Of a stretch of 64,000 nt of DNA, positions 1 through 12,523 are shown in pieces. Both the position numbers and the translations under genes were made by a program. The notes under the pieces are model-generated. The model was not told the DNA's origin. It ran no database searches and worked only from the letters and a program-made list of their open reading frames with translations. This DNA is from Octopus sinensis (Eukaryota). The stretch lies in NCBI RefSeq assembly GCF_006345805.1, contig NC_042997.1, positions 200,384,001 to 200,448,000 on the forward strand. Direction: 5' to 3'. Position 1 is the first letter of the stretch. The number at the start of each line of letters is the position of its first letter.

Positions 1-110
1 GCCTGAGGCTATAATAGAAGACACTAGCGCAAGGTGCCACGCAGTGGGACTGAACCCGGAACCATGTGGTTAGTAAGCAAGTTACTTATCACACAGCCAC
101 TCCTGCACCT
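1..110 (-). mobile_element. tRNA-derived SINE family A (octopus OR-type/CORE-like), 5' head, cut by window edge
   Basis: Reverse complement of the head GGCGCAGGAGTGGCTGTGTGGTAAG...GGTTCAGTCCCACTGCGTGGCACC seen in full copies at 41036 and 44740. Confidence 0.85.
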
Positions 111-883
111 ATATACTTCAATTTCAGAACCTTCCATAATAATTCAATTCACAAACACAAACACACATTCAGTTTCCATTTTCAAACTTTACTACAATAT
201 TCTAATATTTCAACAGCACATTGTAATATCATTCACATCTCAGTAAGTTTCATTGCTGCTTTCAAACACTTTAAAACTATTTCATATGCTTTTTACAGCT
301 GCCTGACTATTTCTCACAGTAAAACCTTTCAATGTTAATATACCAACCCGACATATTTGCAGTTCAGGATTTCTAATATACAAGGTCACAGTTATTTGTT
401 GATATCGATAACTAAATCTAAGATTTAAGAGCTAAATACGATCGGTTTATAGCCCATAAAGTAGAAGAAAACGATTCTGTTTGCTGTAATGCAAACTCTA
501 GTACTTTTCCACTATGTAACTCTAGTTTCAAATCTGGAATCTCCTTCAGTCCTAGTTTAGTGTACAAAATCGATTTGAGTGAAAATAATGAGCATATTCA
601 AAAAGGGGAATTAAACACTTCAGTTTCTATTCCAGAGTGAAAAATTTAACATTTATGTAGTCAAATAATGAGATGGCTGAAATGAATTAGTTCGTTAACT
701 GCTTTGAGCAACTGCTGAGAGGCATTGAGAGTGGAAGCATGAGAATGGACAACTTAAAGTCAGATAATTAAGTTCTGGATCTCCTTCCATACATGACACT
801 CTCTAAATACACGACTTCACAAAAAATATTAATAAGTGTTGACTTCCCCTCCGCCTTCTTCCCTTTCTCATCTTCTCCCTCTG

Positions 884-1001
884 CTTCTTCTTCTTCTTCT
901 TCTTCTTCTTCTTCTTCTTCTTCTTCTTCTTCTTCTTCTTCTTCTTCTTCTTCTTCTTCTTCTTCTTCTTCTTCTTCTTCTTCTTCTTCTTCTTCTTCTT
1001 C
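884..1001. repeat. (TTC)n microsatellite
   Basis: Pure TTC run; source of the poly-E and poly-S ORFs. Confidence 0.98.
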
Positions 1002-1347
1002 TAATTTAGATGACAATTAATTCACTGCATCCTGTATATATATATATTAGCCACCGATTGCTGGCCTTTCGTGTCCAGCAGCCGTTGCGGCAAGACACAC
1101 TTTTTTGTCTCTCTGTAGCCCTAAGGCTTTCTTCTAACACCAGCTCGTAAATTTACTCGTCCTGTCGAAAAAACGCTTGTCTGTGACGTCCTGTTTTTGT
1201 TGTTATTATTATTATCATTATTGTTTTTACGTATTTTTGTATTCTTATTCGTGTAACATCGTCCGTTTTTCCGTCCTTGTTTTGTATACATTCGAGGCTT
1301 TCTTCCAAGGAATCTAATGCGCTTGGCTTGGATTTTCCTTTGGGGCT

Positions 1348-1425
1348 GGCCAGATCGGAGCAATGTCAAGATTAATCAGCCGAAATTGCGAAGATGATCC
1401 GGTTCTTGACTGAAGATTGAAGGCT
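1348..1425 (+). ncRNA. Reverse-order (pseudoknotted) hammerhead-like ribozyme, copy 1, probably inactive (G at position 17)
   Basis: GCAAT(1360-64)/ATTGC(1385-89) stem III; TCAAGA(1366-71)/TCTTGA(1404-09) stem I; GAA 1382-84; CTGAAGA 1410-16; AGCC/GGCT possible stem II after a 5-nt insert. Confidence 0.6.
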
Positions 1426-1607
1426 TCGAATGTCCCGTCCGTGTTTTTTGTATCGTTTTCTAAATGTTTCACGTTCTTGTCCCAGTTTGTATTTTTTTAC
1501 ATTTACGTATATATATATATATACATAGTTCATGTTTAGTTAAATGAAGGAAAAAGGTGGAGAGTTAAAATGATAATTATTAATTATTAAAAAATTGGTA
1601 ATCTTTA

Positions 1608-1705
1608 CTTCTTACAGCCGTTTCCATTAGTGCTCAATAGGTAAATTACAAATTTATGTTTTAAATTTACATTTATATGTTATGAACGTAATTTCATCAG
1701 AGAAA
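1608..1705 (-). ncRNA. Type I hammerhead ribozyme with long stem II (degenerate)
   Basis: Minus strand: TTTCT CTGATGA AATTA...TAATG GAAA C GGCT GTA AGAAG; core intact, A.G mismatch at the base of stem II. Confidence 0.6.
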
Positions 1706-1931
1706 AATATATACATTAAGATATTACATGCCAGCCTTTGCATTCATGCAAGCAGATTAAATAAAGAGATAGTATTTTTTATTGTTTTGTGTGAGAGGAG
1801 GGATAACAGATCAGTTAGAATATAATGGCTAATAAGGTAAAGTAAAGAATAAGATAAAATAAAATAAAAAGTAAATAAAGTAAAAATGGAAATAAAATAA
1901 AATGAAGAAAATTTTAAATAAATAATATAAA

Positions 1932-3060
1932 TCTATTATATAAAATCCGTTCTGTCTGTCTGTGTGTCTTCTAGGATCTTGGGCATCTTCCATCCGATTG
2001 CGCTCAAATTTGATATGTAGATACCGACGGTATCAGGGCGTGTATAAGTCTTGAAAAAATTACAAAAATCGATTCCAGGTGAGAATGCAATCGATAAAGC
2101 CATACGCAAGAAACCTGCACGTGCAGTTTGCGCAAAAAAAGCTGGCTGGCTTGAAATAATGCCACAAATTGCAGTATATTTAAGAGACCAAAAAAGTAAG
2201 ATGCAAAAGAGATATTTTCTTCAAACTTGGCATGAAGGAAGGAAAGACTATTTGGTTTCTCAAGAAGTTTTTTTTTCTGCCTTAACTTCGTTTAACAAAA
2301 CCAAAAAATTGTATTGAAATAAAGGCATGCTTAATTATTTTTTAATGAAAAATAAACACTGATTGCTTTTTATTTAAGGAAGAAAATACTATTTTCTTGC
2401 TAATAAATGATTTTTGTTGCCTTACAGCTTTAAACCAAAAAAGTGTGTTTTTTAGTGAAAGAAAACCATTATTGTATTCAATCAAGATTGTTTGAGCTTT
2501 ATTTCAAGGCGAATGTAGTGAAAATACTTCAATTTTTGAAACAAAAGACTATTTGCTTGCTTCTTAATCGTGCAATATTTTCATTTTCTGAACGTACACA
2601 ATTAGCCTACAATTGACCAGTTACGTTCTCATAAATTCATCCTGCTTTTCCATCTAGATTTACCTCCAGCTAACCCTTTTGCATGCATTGTTTTTTCCTG
2701 CTTTTCTTCCGTCAACCTGTACATAACTGCACCTTCCATTTTTTGTTGTTTTTGTACTGCTTAAAGGCACGTTTCTTTCCTGCCAAGCTTACTGTTTAAA
2801 CCATGTTTGTGTTCACCCAGTCAGCAGCCTTATCATTACTGGTACTTTAAACTCTTCGGTTGCATATTTGTGTGAATAAAATCGTTTTTCTTTGGAATAG
2901 AAAAAAAGTCTATCTTTATTTCTTCTTTTGCTGGTGTCTCAAATTTAGGTTAAATCAGTGTTTCTCAAAGGGGAGGCCTATGGGACGGTCGGACAAGTTG
3001 TTTTGAGAAAATTTGGTTTAAATGTTTGACAACTCAGCACCATCCATTGGATGGGGGGGG
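1932..3060 (+). mobile_element. Helitron-like non-autonomous element, 5' part (3' end not found; end coordinate is a guess)
   Basis: Starts A|TCTATTATATAAAA followed by (CTGT)n and ATCCGATTGCGCTCAAATTT, like the 5' ends at 15275, 41936 and 46685. Confidence 0.45.
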
Positions 3061-3294
3061 TTTACTTGTATAAAATAAGTAAATAACAGAACTAAAATAC
3101 CCAATTATGATATATATATATATATATATATATAAACCAACCCCTCAATGTTAGTTTCCTTGTCCTGTTTTTATTCTTTATGTGTACTGTATTTTTATTT
3201 GTATTGCTTTTACGTCCTATTCTTGTCACTTTTTTTTCTTTTTTTACTCCTCTGCAAAAGAATTTTATTTAATTCATTTTGCAGGAAGGACTAC

Positions 3295-3367
3295 TTCGGC
3301 CAGATCGTGTTCTGCCCTTACCTTCGAAACACGCATTGAGTCGAACCAGAGGCAGTTGATGAAGGGG
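3295..3367 (+). ncRNA. Reverse-order (pseudoknotted) hammerhead-like ribozyme, copy 2 (GUU site, C3U core)
   Basis: CGTGT(3306-10)/ACACG(3329-33) stem III; CTGCC(3312-16)/GGCAG(3351-55) stem I; GAA 3326-28; TTGATGA 3356-62; CTTC/GGGG stem II; outer helix TTCGGC/GTCGAA. Confidence 0.65.
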
Positions 3368-3488
3368 AATATTCCTTGTATTGTTTGTCTTGTACTCTGT
3401 TTTTCGTTGTTAAAAAAAGTCCGTTTCCTTGTTTGTTTTTATGTTTTCGTTTCTCGTTGTGTTCTACGTTTATTTGTGGTGTCCTGTA

Positions 3489-3539
<51 letters not shown>

Positions 3540-3678
3540 TATATATATATTATATATATATATATATAGATGTAGGTATGTACATATATGTATGTATGTA
3601 TGCATAAGTTTTATTGATAAATTGTTATTATATGACTGAACGCTCGCGTCGCTTCTTATCCTCCAAGTACGTGTTTAT

Positions 3679-3719
<41 letters not shown>

Positions 3720-4588
3720 TATATCATTGTGTAAAGACATATACATTCATAATCATTCACATATATATAAAAATCAATTTATTTCCTCTATAAGAGGACA
3801 CCTGGGTTTGTCTCTTCCATACCTTAGCTTTTCAACACCTGGCATTAACTACTTCCCCCTCTCTTAAACACTATCCCCTCCACTTATTTAAGGGTGTCTT
3901 TTTCCTGTTGTTCTCTTCTCTTGCTAGTTACTTGCCAACTTCAGTAGTGCAAGTGACATGAAATAACAGATAATGTCTCCAGTAAACGCTGTGAAATGTT
4001 TGGCATTTGGAAGGGATGGATGCCCTTCCTAAAGCCAATTACTAGAAGCCATTCCAAAGCTGACACTGAAGCTCTATGTGGCTTTGCAGCTTGTTGGATC
4101 TTGTCAAACATTTGATGATAATATATTGACATAGAGAATATACTTAACTATGAAAGATCAGAGCAAGTTTTACAAAAACAAATTTCATTGTGATTTATTG
4201 TGTAGCAAGTTGGGTTGAATGAAGCTGCCAAAGGGAATTTGAAATGTGATTTAATAGAATATTAAGAAGATAAAGCTTTAAGTAATCCATGAATGAAAAA
4301 CATTTCTTCAGAACCATCTCACCTATGCCACATTTGAGCATTATTTCATATACACCAGAGATGTGAATGTTAAAAAAAATTCTTTGAAACTTGATTTAAA
4401 TTTTTTTGTCTTGTTATCCCTTTTTTTTGTTGTTGTTGTATTTAAAAGCAGTGTTGGAAACATTTAATTCAGACAAAGTTATCTGAGTGAAAATAATGAC
4501 TTTTTGTATTGCTGTATATTTTATTAGCTTTAAAGACAATACGTAAGCCAAATAAAGATTCTATCACTACTTTTGTTCTTGTATGCAG

Positions 4589-4696
4589 GCTTCGACTGAA
4601 TGCAAGATCAAAGGTTCTGTTGCTGTGTGCTCGCAAGAATTCTCCTTCAAGTCGTTTGAAAAGATTGAAAACATCTTCAAAGGGTCTTGTCTTTGA
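4589..4696 (+). CDS. Candidate terminal exon (phase-0 reading ASTECKIKGSVAVCSQEFSFKSFEKIENIFKGSCL*), unverified
   Basis: Non-repetitive sequence after a good acceptor CTACTTTTGTTCTTGTATGCAG; no recognisable homology and a second frame is also open. Confidence 0.2.
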   Translation, partial: ASTECKIKGSVAVCSQEFSFKSFEKIENIFKGSCL

Positions 4697-4884
4697 TTGT
4701 CAAGCTCTTTCAGCATCTTATAATGTAGATGTTTTCAGACTAAAAAGATACATGTGTATATGTGTATATCTATGTATACATAGATATACACATACATACA
4801 TACACATACATACATACATACGTACATATATATATATATATGTATGTATATATGTATATATATATTATATATATATATATGTAT

Positions 4885-4931
<47 letters not shown>

Positions 4932-4937
4932 TATATG

Positions 4938-4989
<52 letters not shown>

Positions 4990-5153
4990 ATGTATATATA
5001 TTATATATATATACTTACACTGTGTGTGTGTGTGGCATGTGTCTGTGTGAGAGAGAGAGAGTATGTATACACACCCATTAATTCATATATTTACATGTAT
5101 GTATGTATGTATGTATGTATGTATGTATGAATGTATGTATGTATGTATGTATG

Positions 5154-5196
<43 letters not shown>

Positions 5197-5233
5197 TAAT
5201 ATATATATATTATATATATATATATATAATATA

Positions 5234-7973
5234 TGTTTGCATGTATATATGTATGTATTTACATATGTATCTGTCTATATGCATAATCTCTCTCTCTCTC
5301 CCTCTCTCTCTATATATATATAGATAAGTGTGTGTATGTGTGTGTGTGCATGTGCGTGTGTCTGTGTGTATATGATGTCACTTTACATAGATAATAATAT
5401 GAAATGACATTCACAGTTTCTGATATCACCATTTCTAATATTCGTAGGAATATTCATAAGACAGGATAAGTTCTTTACCACAAAGTGATGATTAAGTTAG
5501 GGAGATGAGTTGGGGAGGAGCTAAAGAGGCATACAGCGATATGTGTTGTGAAGATGCTACAGAACTACACTCAGTGTTTTACACATCCAGTATAATGTGT
5601 TGTCCCTGAATCTGAGCCAAAGCTGTTTGCCTGCTTTAGTTCCAGGAGCCACATAAGTTTTAATATGTTGGATTAAACTTAGTTAAATATATGTGTATAT
5701 ATGCTTTGTGTGGAGGCGCAATGGCCCAGTGGTTAGGGCAGCGGACTCGCGGTCGTAGGATCGCGGTTTCGATTCCCAGACCATGCGTTGTGAGTGTTTA
5801 TTGAGCGAAAACACCTAAAAAAGCTCCACAAGGCTCCGGCAGGGGATGGTGGTGATCCCTGCTGTACTCTTTCACCACAATTTTCTCTCACTCTTACTTC
5901 CTGTTTCTGCTGTACCTGTATTTCAAAGGGCCGGCCTTGTCACTCTCTGTGTCACGCTGAATATCCCCGAGAACTGCGTTAAGAGTACATGTGTATGTGG
6001 AGTGCTCAGCCACTTACACGTTAATTTCACGAGCAGGCTGTTCCGTTGATCGAATCAACCGGAACCCTCGTCGTCGTAACCGACGGAGTGCTTCCAAATA
6101 TATGCTTTGTACTATAGGCACAAGGCCTGAAATTTTGTGGGGAGGGGAATAGTCGATTACATCAACCCCAGTGCCTCATCATCATCATCATCGTTTAACG
6201 TTCGCTTTCCATGCTAGCTTGCATTGAACGATTTTGACTGGGGGTTGGCAAACCAGATGGCTGCACCAGGCTCCAATCTTGATCTGGCAGGGTTTCTACA
6301 GCTGGATGCCCTTCCTAACGCCAACCACTCCGAGAGTGTGGTGGGCGCTTTTTACCTGCCACCGGCACTGGTACTTAATTCATCGACCCCGAAAGGACGA
6401 AAGGCAAAGTTGACCTCGGTGGAATTTGAACTTAGAAAATAAAAACAGATGAGCTGCCGTTAAGCATTTTGCCTGGTGTGCTAACAATTCTGCCAGCTCA
6501 CTACCTTTATATATATGTGTGTATATATAAATGTATGTGTATATATAAATATGCCTTTATATATATATGTGTATATATAAATGTGTATATATAATATATA
6601 TATATATATATGTTTGCATGTATATATGTATGTATTTACATATGTATCTGTCTATATGCATAATCTCTCTCTCTCTCTCCCTCTCTCTCTATATATATAT
6701 AGATAAGTGTGTGTATGTGTGTGTGTGCATGTGCGTGTGTCTGTGTGTATATGATGTCACTTTACATAGATAATAATATGAAATGACATTCACAGTTTCT
6801 GATATCCCCATTTCTAATATTCGTAGGAATATTCATAAGACAGGATAAGTTCTTTACCACAAAGTGATGATTAAGTTAGGGAGATGAGTTGGGGAGGAGC
6901 TAAAGAGGCATACAGCGATATGTGTTGTGAAGATGCTACAGAACTACACTCAGTGTTTTACACATCCAGTATAATGTGTTGTCCCTGAATCTGAGCCAAA
7001 GCTGTTTGCCTGCTTTAGTTCCAGGAGCCACATAAGTTTTAATATGTTGGATTAAACTTAGTTAAATATATGTGTATATATGCTTTGTGTGGAGGCGCAA
7101 TGGCCCAGTGGTTAGGGCAGCGGACTCGCGGTCGTAGGATCGCGGTTTCGATTCCCAGACCATGCGTTGTGAGTGTTTATTGAGCGAAAACACCTAAAAA
7201 AGCTCCACAAGGCTCCGGCAGGGGATGGTGGTGATCCCTGCTGTACTCTTTCACCACAATTTTCTCTCACTCTTACTTCCTGTTTCTGCTGTACCTGTAT
7301 TTCAAAGGGCCGGCCTTGTCACTCTCTGTGTCACGCTGAATATCCCCGAGAACTGCGTTAAGAGTACATGTGTATGTGGAGTGCTCAGCCACTTACACGT
7401 TAATTTCACGAGCAGGCTGTTCCGTTGATCGAATCAACCGGAACCCTCGTCGTCGTAACCGACGGAGTGCTTCCAAATATATGCTTTGTACTATAGGCAC
7501 AAGGCCTGAAATTTTGTGGGGAGGGGAATAGTCGATTACATCAACCCCAGTGCCTCATCATCATCATCATCGTTTAACGTTCGCTTTCCATGCTAGCTTG
7601 CATTGAACGATTTTGACTGGGGGTTGGCAAACCAGATGGCTGCACCAGGCTCCAATCTTGATCTGGCAGGGTTTCTACAGCTGGATGCCCTTCCTAACGC
7701 CAACCACTCCGAGAGTGTGGTGGGCGCTTTTTAACCTGCCACCGGCACTGGTACTTAATTCATCGACCCCGAAAGGACGAAAGGCAAAGTTGACCTCGGT
7801 GGAATTTGAACTTAGAAAATAAAAACAGATGAGCTGCCGTTAAGCATTTTGCCTGGTGTGCTAACAATTCTGCCAGCTCACTACCTTTATATATATGTGT
7901 GTATATATAAATGTATGTGTATATATAAATATGCCTTTATATATATATGTGTATATATAAATGTGTATATATA
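5234..7973. repeat. Near-identical tandem duplication, period about 1.38 kb
   Basis: 5234-6594 matches 6611-7973; identical ORFs at 5794/7173 and 5846/7225; junction lies in (TA)n. Confidence 0.95.
5710..6097 (+). mobile_element. Full-length tRNA-derived SINE family D with 13-bp target-site duplication (duplicated at about 7089-7476)
   Basis: A box TGGCCCAGTGG, B-box-like GGTTTCGATTCCC; flanked by ATATATGCTTTGT at 5697-5709 and 6098-6110. Confidence 0.85.
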
Positions 7974-8954
7974 AATATATATGTGTATATATAAACGGAT
8001 GCATGGCCGAGTGGTCAGGGTGTTGAGCTCACAATTACAAGATTGTGATTTCAATTCCTAGACTGGGTGGAACGTTGTGTTCTTGAGCAAGACACATCAG
8101 CTCATGCTGCTCTGCAATCACCCTGACACTTGATGTGTGGTTCACGGTGACCAGTACTATAGTCACAGGAAAAAAGTCACAATTAATTTATGGGATCCTG
8201 ACCCCCCCCTAGGACAAAACCCCTGTGACTTTTCCCTAGTGACTTTATTTCTGTAACTTTTTTTACCTGGATTCGTAGTACATGTGTCCACCTGGTCAGG
8301 CAATGTTGCTTTGATCGAGGGAGTGAGCTGATGTACAGCATATACATTCAACTTCTATAAACAAATTATTTGTGCATAACAACAGGTGTCTTTCGACTAA
8401 GGACAAATTAAATTAAGCTGTCGTGTGTGGAAATAAAGCCTTGCGGCACAGGGAAGGATATGAATATTGCATGGACAGTGGCTGAACCAAGAAAGAAAGG
8501 TCAGGCTTGGCCGAACACCGGTTATGTGAGGAGAGAAGAGAGAGAGGTAGAGGCAGACGGACAGAAGAAATAAGGATGGGCGAGAAAAAATGACAGGGAC
8601 ACAGTGGAGTGAAAAGGGGGGAGGGAAGGGAGCATGAAGAGAAAGCAGAGAAATGTGAGAGAGGGGGAACGAAAGAACAAAGAGTGGAATGAACGATGTA
8701 AGCATGAAAGGGCTGATAGAAAGGAAAAAATAAAAGAATAAAAATGTATGAGTGTGTGTGTGTGTGTGTGTGCATGATTATTAAGTTCACAAGTGTTTTT
8801 ATTCTCTCTCTGTTTATTTTTCCCTTATTCCTATGTGTTGACAAGCGTAGGCTTGGAATGTAAAAGGCTTTTTCACTTTCCTGAGTGTCAATCGAATACA
8901 TCTGCTTGTTTTTCATACACCTGTCTTCGTCTCTTGTTTTTCTAGAAATTTATA

Positions 8955-9157
8955 TTCTTTAATTCTTTTATTCTTTTTCTTGTTTCAGTCATGTGACCGC
9001 GGCCATGCTGGAGCACTACCTTTAGTCGAGCAAATCGACCCCAGGACTTATTCTTTGTAAGCCTAGTACTTATTCTATTGGTCTTTTCTGCTGAATCGCT
9101 AAGTTACAGAGATGTAAACACACCAACATCAATTGTCAAGCGATGTTGGGGAGACAA

Positions 9158-9188
<31 letters not shown>

Positions 9189-9710
9189 TTCTGTCTACCG
9201 AATCCACTAACAAAGCTTTGGTTGTCCTGATGCAATACTAGAAGAGACTTGATGAAGGTGCCACACAATGGGACTGAACCTGGAACCATGTGGTTGGGAA
9301 GCAAGCTTCTTACCACACAGCCACTCCTATGTACATTCCTATCTTTTATCTTTTGCTTGTTTCAGTTATTTGACTGCAGCCATGCTGGAGCATTGCATTG
9401 AAGAATTGTAGTGAAATGACTCAACCCCAGTATTTTTTAAGCTTGGTACTTATTCTGTCAGTCTGTTTTGCTGAACTGTTAAGTTACGTAGACATCACTA
9501 TTAGTCAAGTGGTTTAGGGAGAGGACAAACACAGAGACACACACACTCACACACACACATACAAACCATGGGCTTCTTTCAGTTTCCATCCACCAAATCC
9601 ACTCACAAGGCTTTGGATGTCCTGAGGTAATACTAGGTGACACTTGATCAAGGTGCCATGCAGTAGGATTGAACTCAGAACCTTGTTGTTATGAAGCAAA
9701 CTTTTTATCA
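8955..9710 (-). mobile_element. Two adjacent SINE family A copies (about 8955-9331 and 9340-9710)
   Basis: Each has the TTGTTTCAGTCATTTGACTGCGGCCATGCTGG-type tail, internal (CA)n and tRNA-like head. Confidence 0.85.
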
Positions 9711-9719
9711 AAATCGCCC

Positions 9720-10050
9720 AAAATTCAATGGAAATTGTAGTTGTAATACCAGTGCCAGTGGCACGTAAAAGAACTATCCGAACATGGCCGTTGCCAGCGC
9801 CGCCTTAAATGGCTTCTGTGCCAGTGGCACGTAAAAAGCACCAACTGATCGTGGCCATTGCCAGCTTCGCCTGGCACATAAAAAAGCACCTACTACACTC
9901 ACGGAGTGGTTGACATTAGGAAGGGCATCCAGCTGTAGAAACACTGCCTGATCAGACTGGGCCTGGTGCAGCCTCCTGGCTTCCCAGACGCCGGTCGAAT
10001 CATCCAACCCATGCTAGCATGGAAAACGGACGTTAAACGATGATGATGAT
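9720..10050 (+). mobile_element. RTE-type LINE 3' UTR fragment with (GAT)n tail; about 20 similar fragments in the window
   Basis: Matches 54090-54560. Others at about 6177, 7556, 10408, 21320, 21840, 28293, 29290, 29790, 33230, 33570, 37340, 40128, 40660, 43600, 48745, 50826, 57110, 59240, 63410. Confidence 0.85.
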
Positions 10051-10704
10051 ATATATAAATAAATGGAGTTTAATGCAGGTATAATTCAAATACTTTTACC
10101 TCCGGCACATGTTTCGAAGATTTCACTGATATTATTCAAAAGAAGGTTTGGCTGTAAAAAACATAATAAAAGTTTTTATTTTTCATTCCCTTTGAAATGT
10201 GGTTTTGGACGTTTTGACTGCTCCTTCAAGCATGTAAGGCAGCCCGTTAAAGGTCACCTCTTTTTGTGTTTAAATGTACACTAATTTTATATGGAAAATA
10301 TGTTGTCTATTGACTTTTTATACATGCTAGGCCACTGGTAAAAAAATTTCTAAAATTTTGCTACCCTATATTATTTTAAGTATATATATATATATATATA
10401 TATATATCATCATCATCATCGTTTGACGTCCACTTTCCATGCTAGCATGGTTTGGACGATTTGACTGAGGTTTGGTAAACCATACGGCTGCACCAGACTC
10501 CAATCTGATCTGGCAGAGCTTCTACAGCTGGTTGCCCTTCCTAACGCCAACCACTCCGAGAGTGTAGTGGGTGCCAGTCAGGCGGTACTAGCAACAGCCA
10601 TGCTCAAATGGTGCCTTTTATGTGCCACCTGCACAGGAGCCAGTCCAGCAGCCCTGGCAACGACCCCGCTCAAATGTTTTTTCGCGTGCCACTGGCACAA
10701 GTGC

Positions 10705-10771
<67 letters not shown>

Positions 10772-11085
10772 TATAATAATAATAATAATGATAATAATAA
10801 TGATGATGATGATGATAATAATAATATTAATAATAATAATAATAATATAATAATAATAATAATAATAATAATGATGATGATGATGATGATAATAATATTA
10901 ATAATAATAATATTAATAATAATAATAATAATAATAATGATGATGATGATGATAATAATATTAATAATAATAATATAATAATAATAATAATGATGATGAT
11001 AATATTATTAATAATAATAATGATGATGATGATGATGATGATGATAATAATAATAATAATAATAATAATGATAATAATAATAATA
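10705..11085. repeat. (AAT)n/(GAT)n compound microsatellite
   Basis: Direct reading. Confidence 0.97.
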
Positions 11086-11574
11086 TCTCATGCTTAATTA
11101 AGAATGTTCAGTAAAAGCTTGTTTACAACGTCTCGTTAGTGATGCCTTATTAGTTAAAAATGAGTTAAATCTCAACTGCACATTATCAGTTTGTATAAAA
11201 GGCATATGAAACTATGACAAGCCTTCATTAAATGTTATCATTGCCTAGTATAAAATAGCAGAAATTAAGAATACGTTATACTTTGTCAAATCCTTGTTTT
11301 TTACCTCTCACATTTGCTTATCTCGTTTCTTGCATTATTATAGCTAACTTTCTGAAAGCTCAAGTTTTGTAAGATTTTATAACTTTAATTAAATCAATTC
11401 AGGAAGATATTCAAAAGAGAAATGATTTTGAGAATTCAGGTGATTTCTAATCACATTCTCTATGAAAACTAATTCATGGCTGTTTTGTTTTTATTTGGAA
11501 TAACAAATTAACATCTCTAAAAGTAAAGATATGGAATGGTATAATCATGTTAATGAAGTCTTTTAAATGCACGG

Positions 11575-11930
11575 AATGCTTGTTAGAAATAGGTGATAGC
11601 TTTTGTTACCTAGGTGATCTAATCAACAATTGAGGTTGATTTTGTGAAAATATGATTATCAGAATGAGTACGGTGAAGAAGAAGTTCAAGGAGTCTAAAA
11701 ATTCCACTGGATTTTCTCAGAAAAAGGCTTCTCTCTCTGAATGAATTGCAGAATATGTGAGAAGCTCATTATTTCAGGGTAGGGCAATGTGGATTCTGAA
11801 TATGGAGTCTATGCTAAAACTGGAAACAAAATAAAGTGAATGGGTACATGCTGTCAGCTGGTACGAAAGATGGAACACAAGTAATTTAAGGAGAATGTCT
11901 GGGTATCGGACATATCAGCAGTAATATAGA
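11575..11930 (+). pseudogene. Highly decayed RTE-type LINE ORF2 fragment
   Basis: Encodes LEIGDSFCYLGDLI, paralogous to LEVAGSFCYLSDQV at 53.4 kb; multiple stops. Confidence 0.65.
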
Positions 11931-12416
11931 TGTTGCAAGGATGGTGGCCGAACCAAGAAAGAAAGGTCAGGCTTGCCCGAACACCAGTCACATGGGGAGA
12001 GAGGTAGAGGCAGAGGGACAGAAGAAATAAGGAGGGGAGAGAATAAATGACAGGGAGACTGAAGTGAAAAGAGGAGGGAAAGTGAGCATGAAGAGAAGGC
12101 AATGAAATGTGAGAGAGGGGAAACGAAAGAACGAAGAGTGGAATGAATGAAGTAAGCATGAAAGGGCCGATAGAAAGAATAAAAATAGTGTCTTCTGCTA
12201 TAGCCCCGGGCCGACCAATGCCTTGTGAGTGGATTTGGTAGACGGAAACTGAAAGAAGCCTGTCGTATATATGTATATATATATATATATATATATCACA
12301 ATCAAGGAACGGCCATAATAGGCCATTCACCCACTAGAAATAACAGCCAAAAAGCTTCAACCGCAAAATAACATTAATTCCGTAACCAGGAGAAAATTAA
12401 AAAACATTTACCCTGA

Positions 12417-12523
12417 ATTCCTTATACGATGCACCGTTTCGTCACTGTTTAATGGTAAACTAACCTGATTAAATTAAATCAAGCAAAATCTACCATAGGC
12501 CCTTAGATTCATCAGTAAGGAAT
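12417..12523 (-). ncRNA. Type I hammerhead ribozyme, array unit 1
   Basis: Reverse complement of 13676-13781; predicted cleavage between 12425 and 12424. Confidence 0.8.

Noticed and set aside
1348-1425. HDV-like or twister ribozyme interpretation of the crossed helices
   Set aside because: Lacks the HDV P1.1/J4-2 and twister conserved nucleotides; CTGANGA, GAAA and the 16.1/17 positions fit a hammerhead core
5710-5790. tRNA gene
   Set aside because: It is the head of a SINE with body, tail and TSD
8838-8866. Minimal hammerhead remnant TTGACAA GC GTAG GCTT GGAA TGTA
   Set aside because: Too many core mismatches to support from this copy alone
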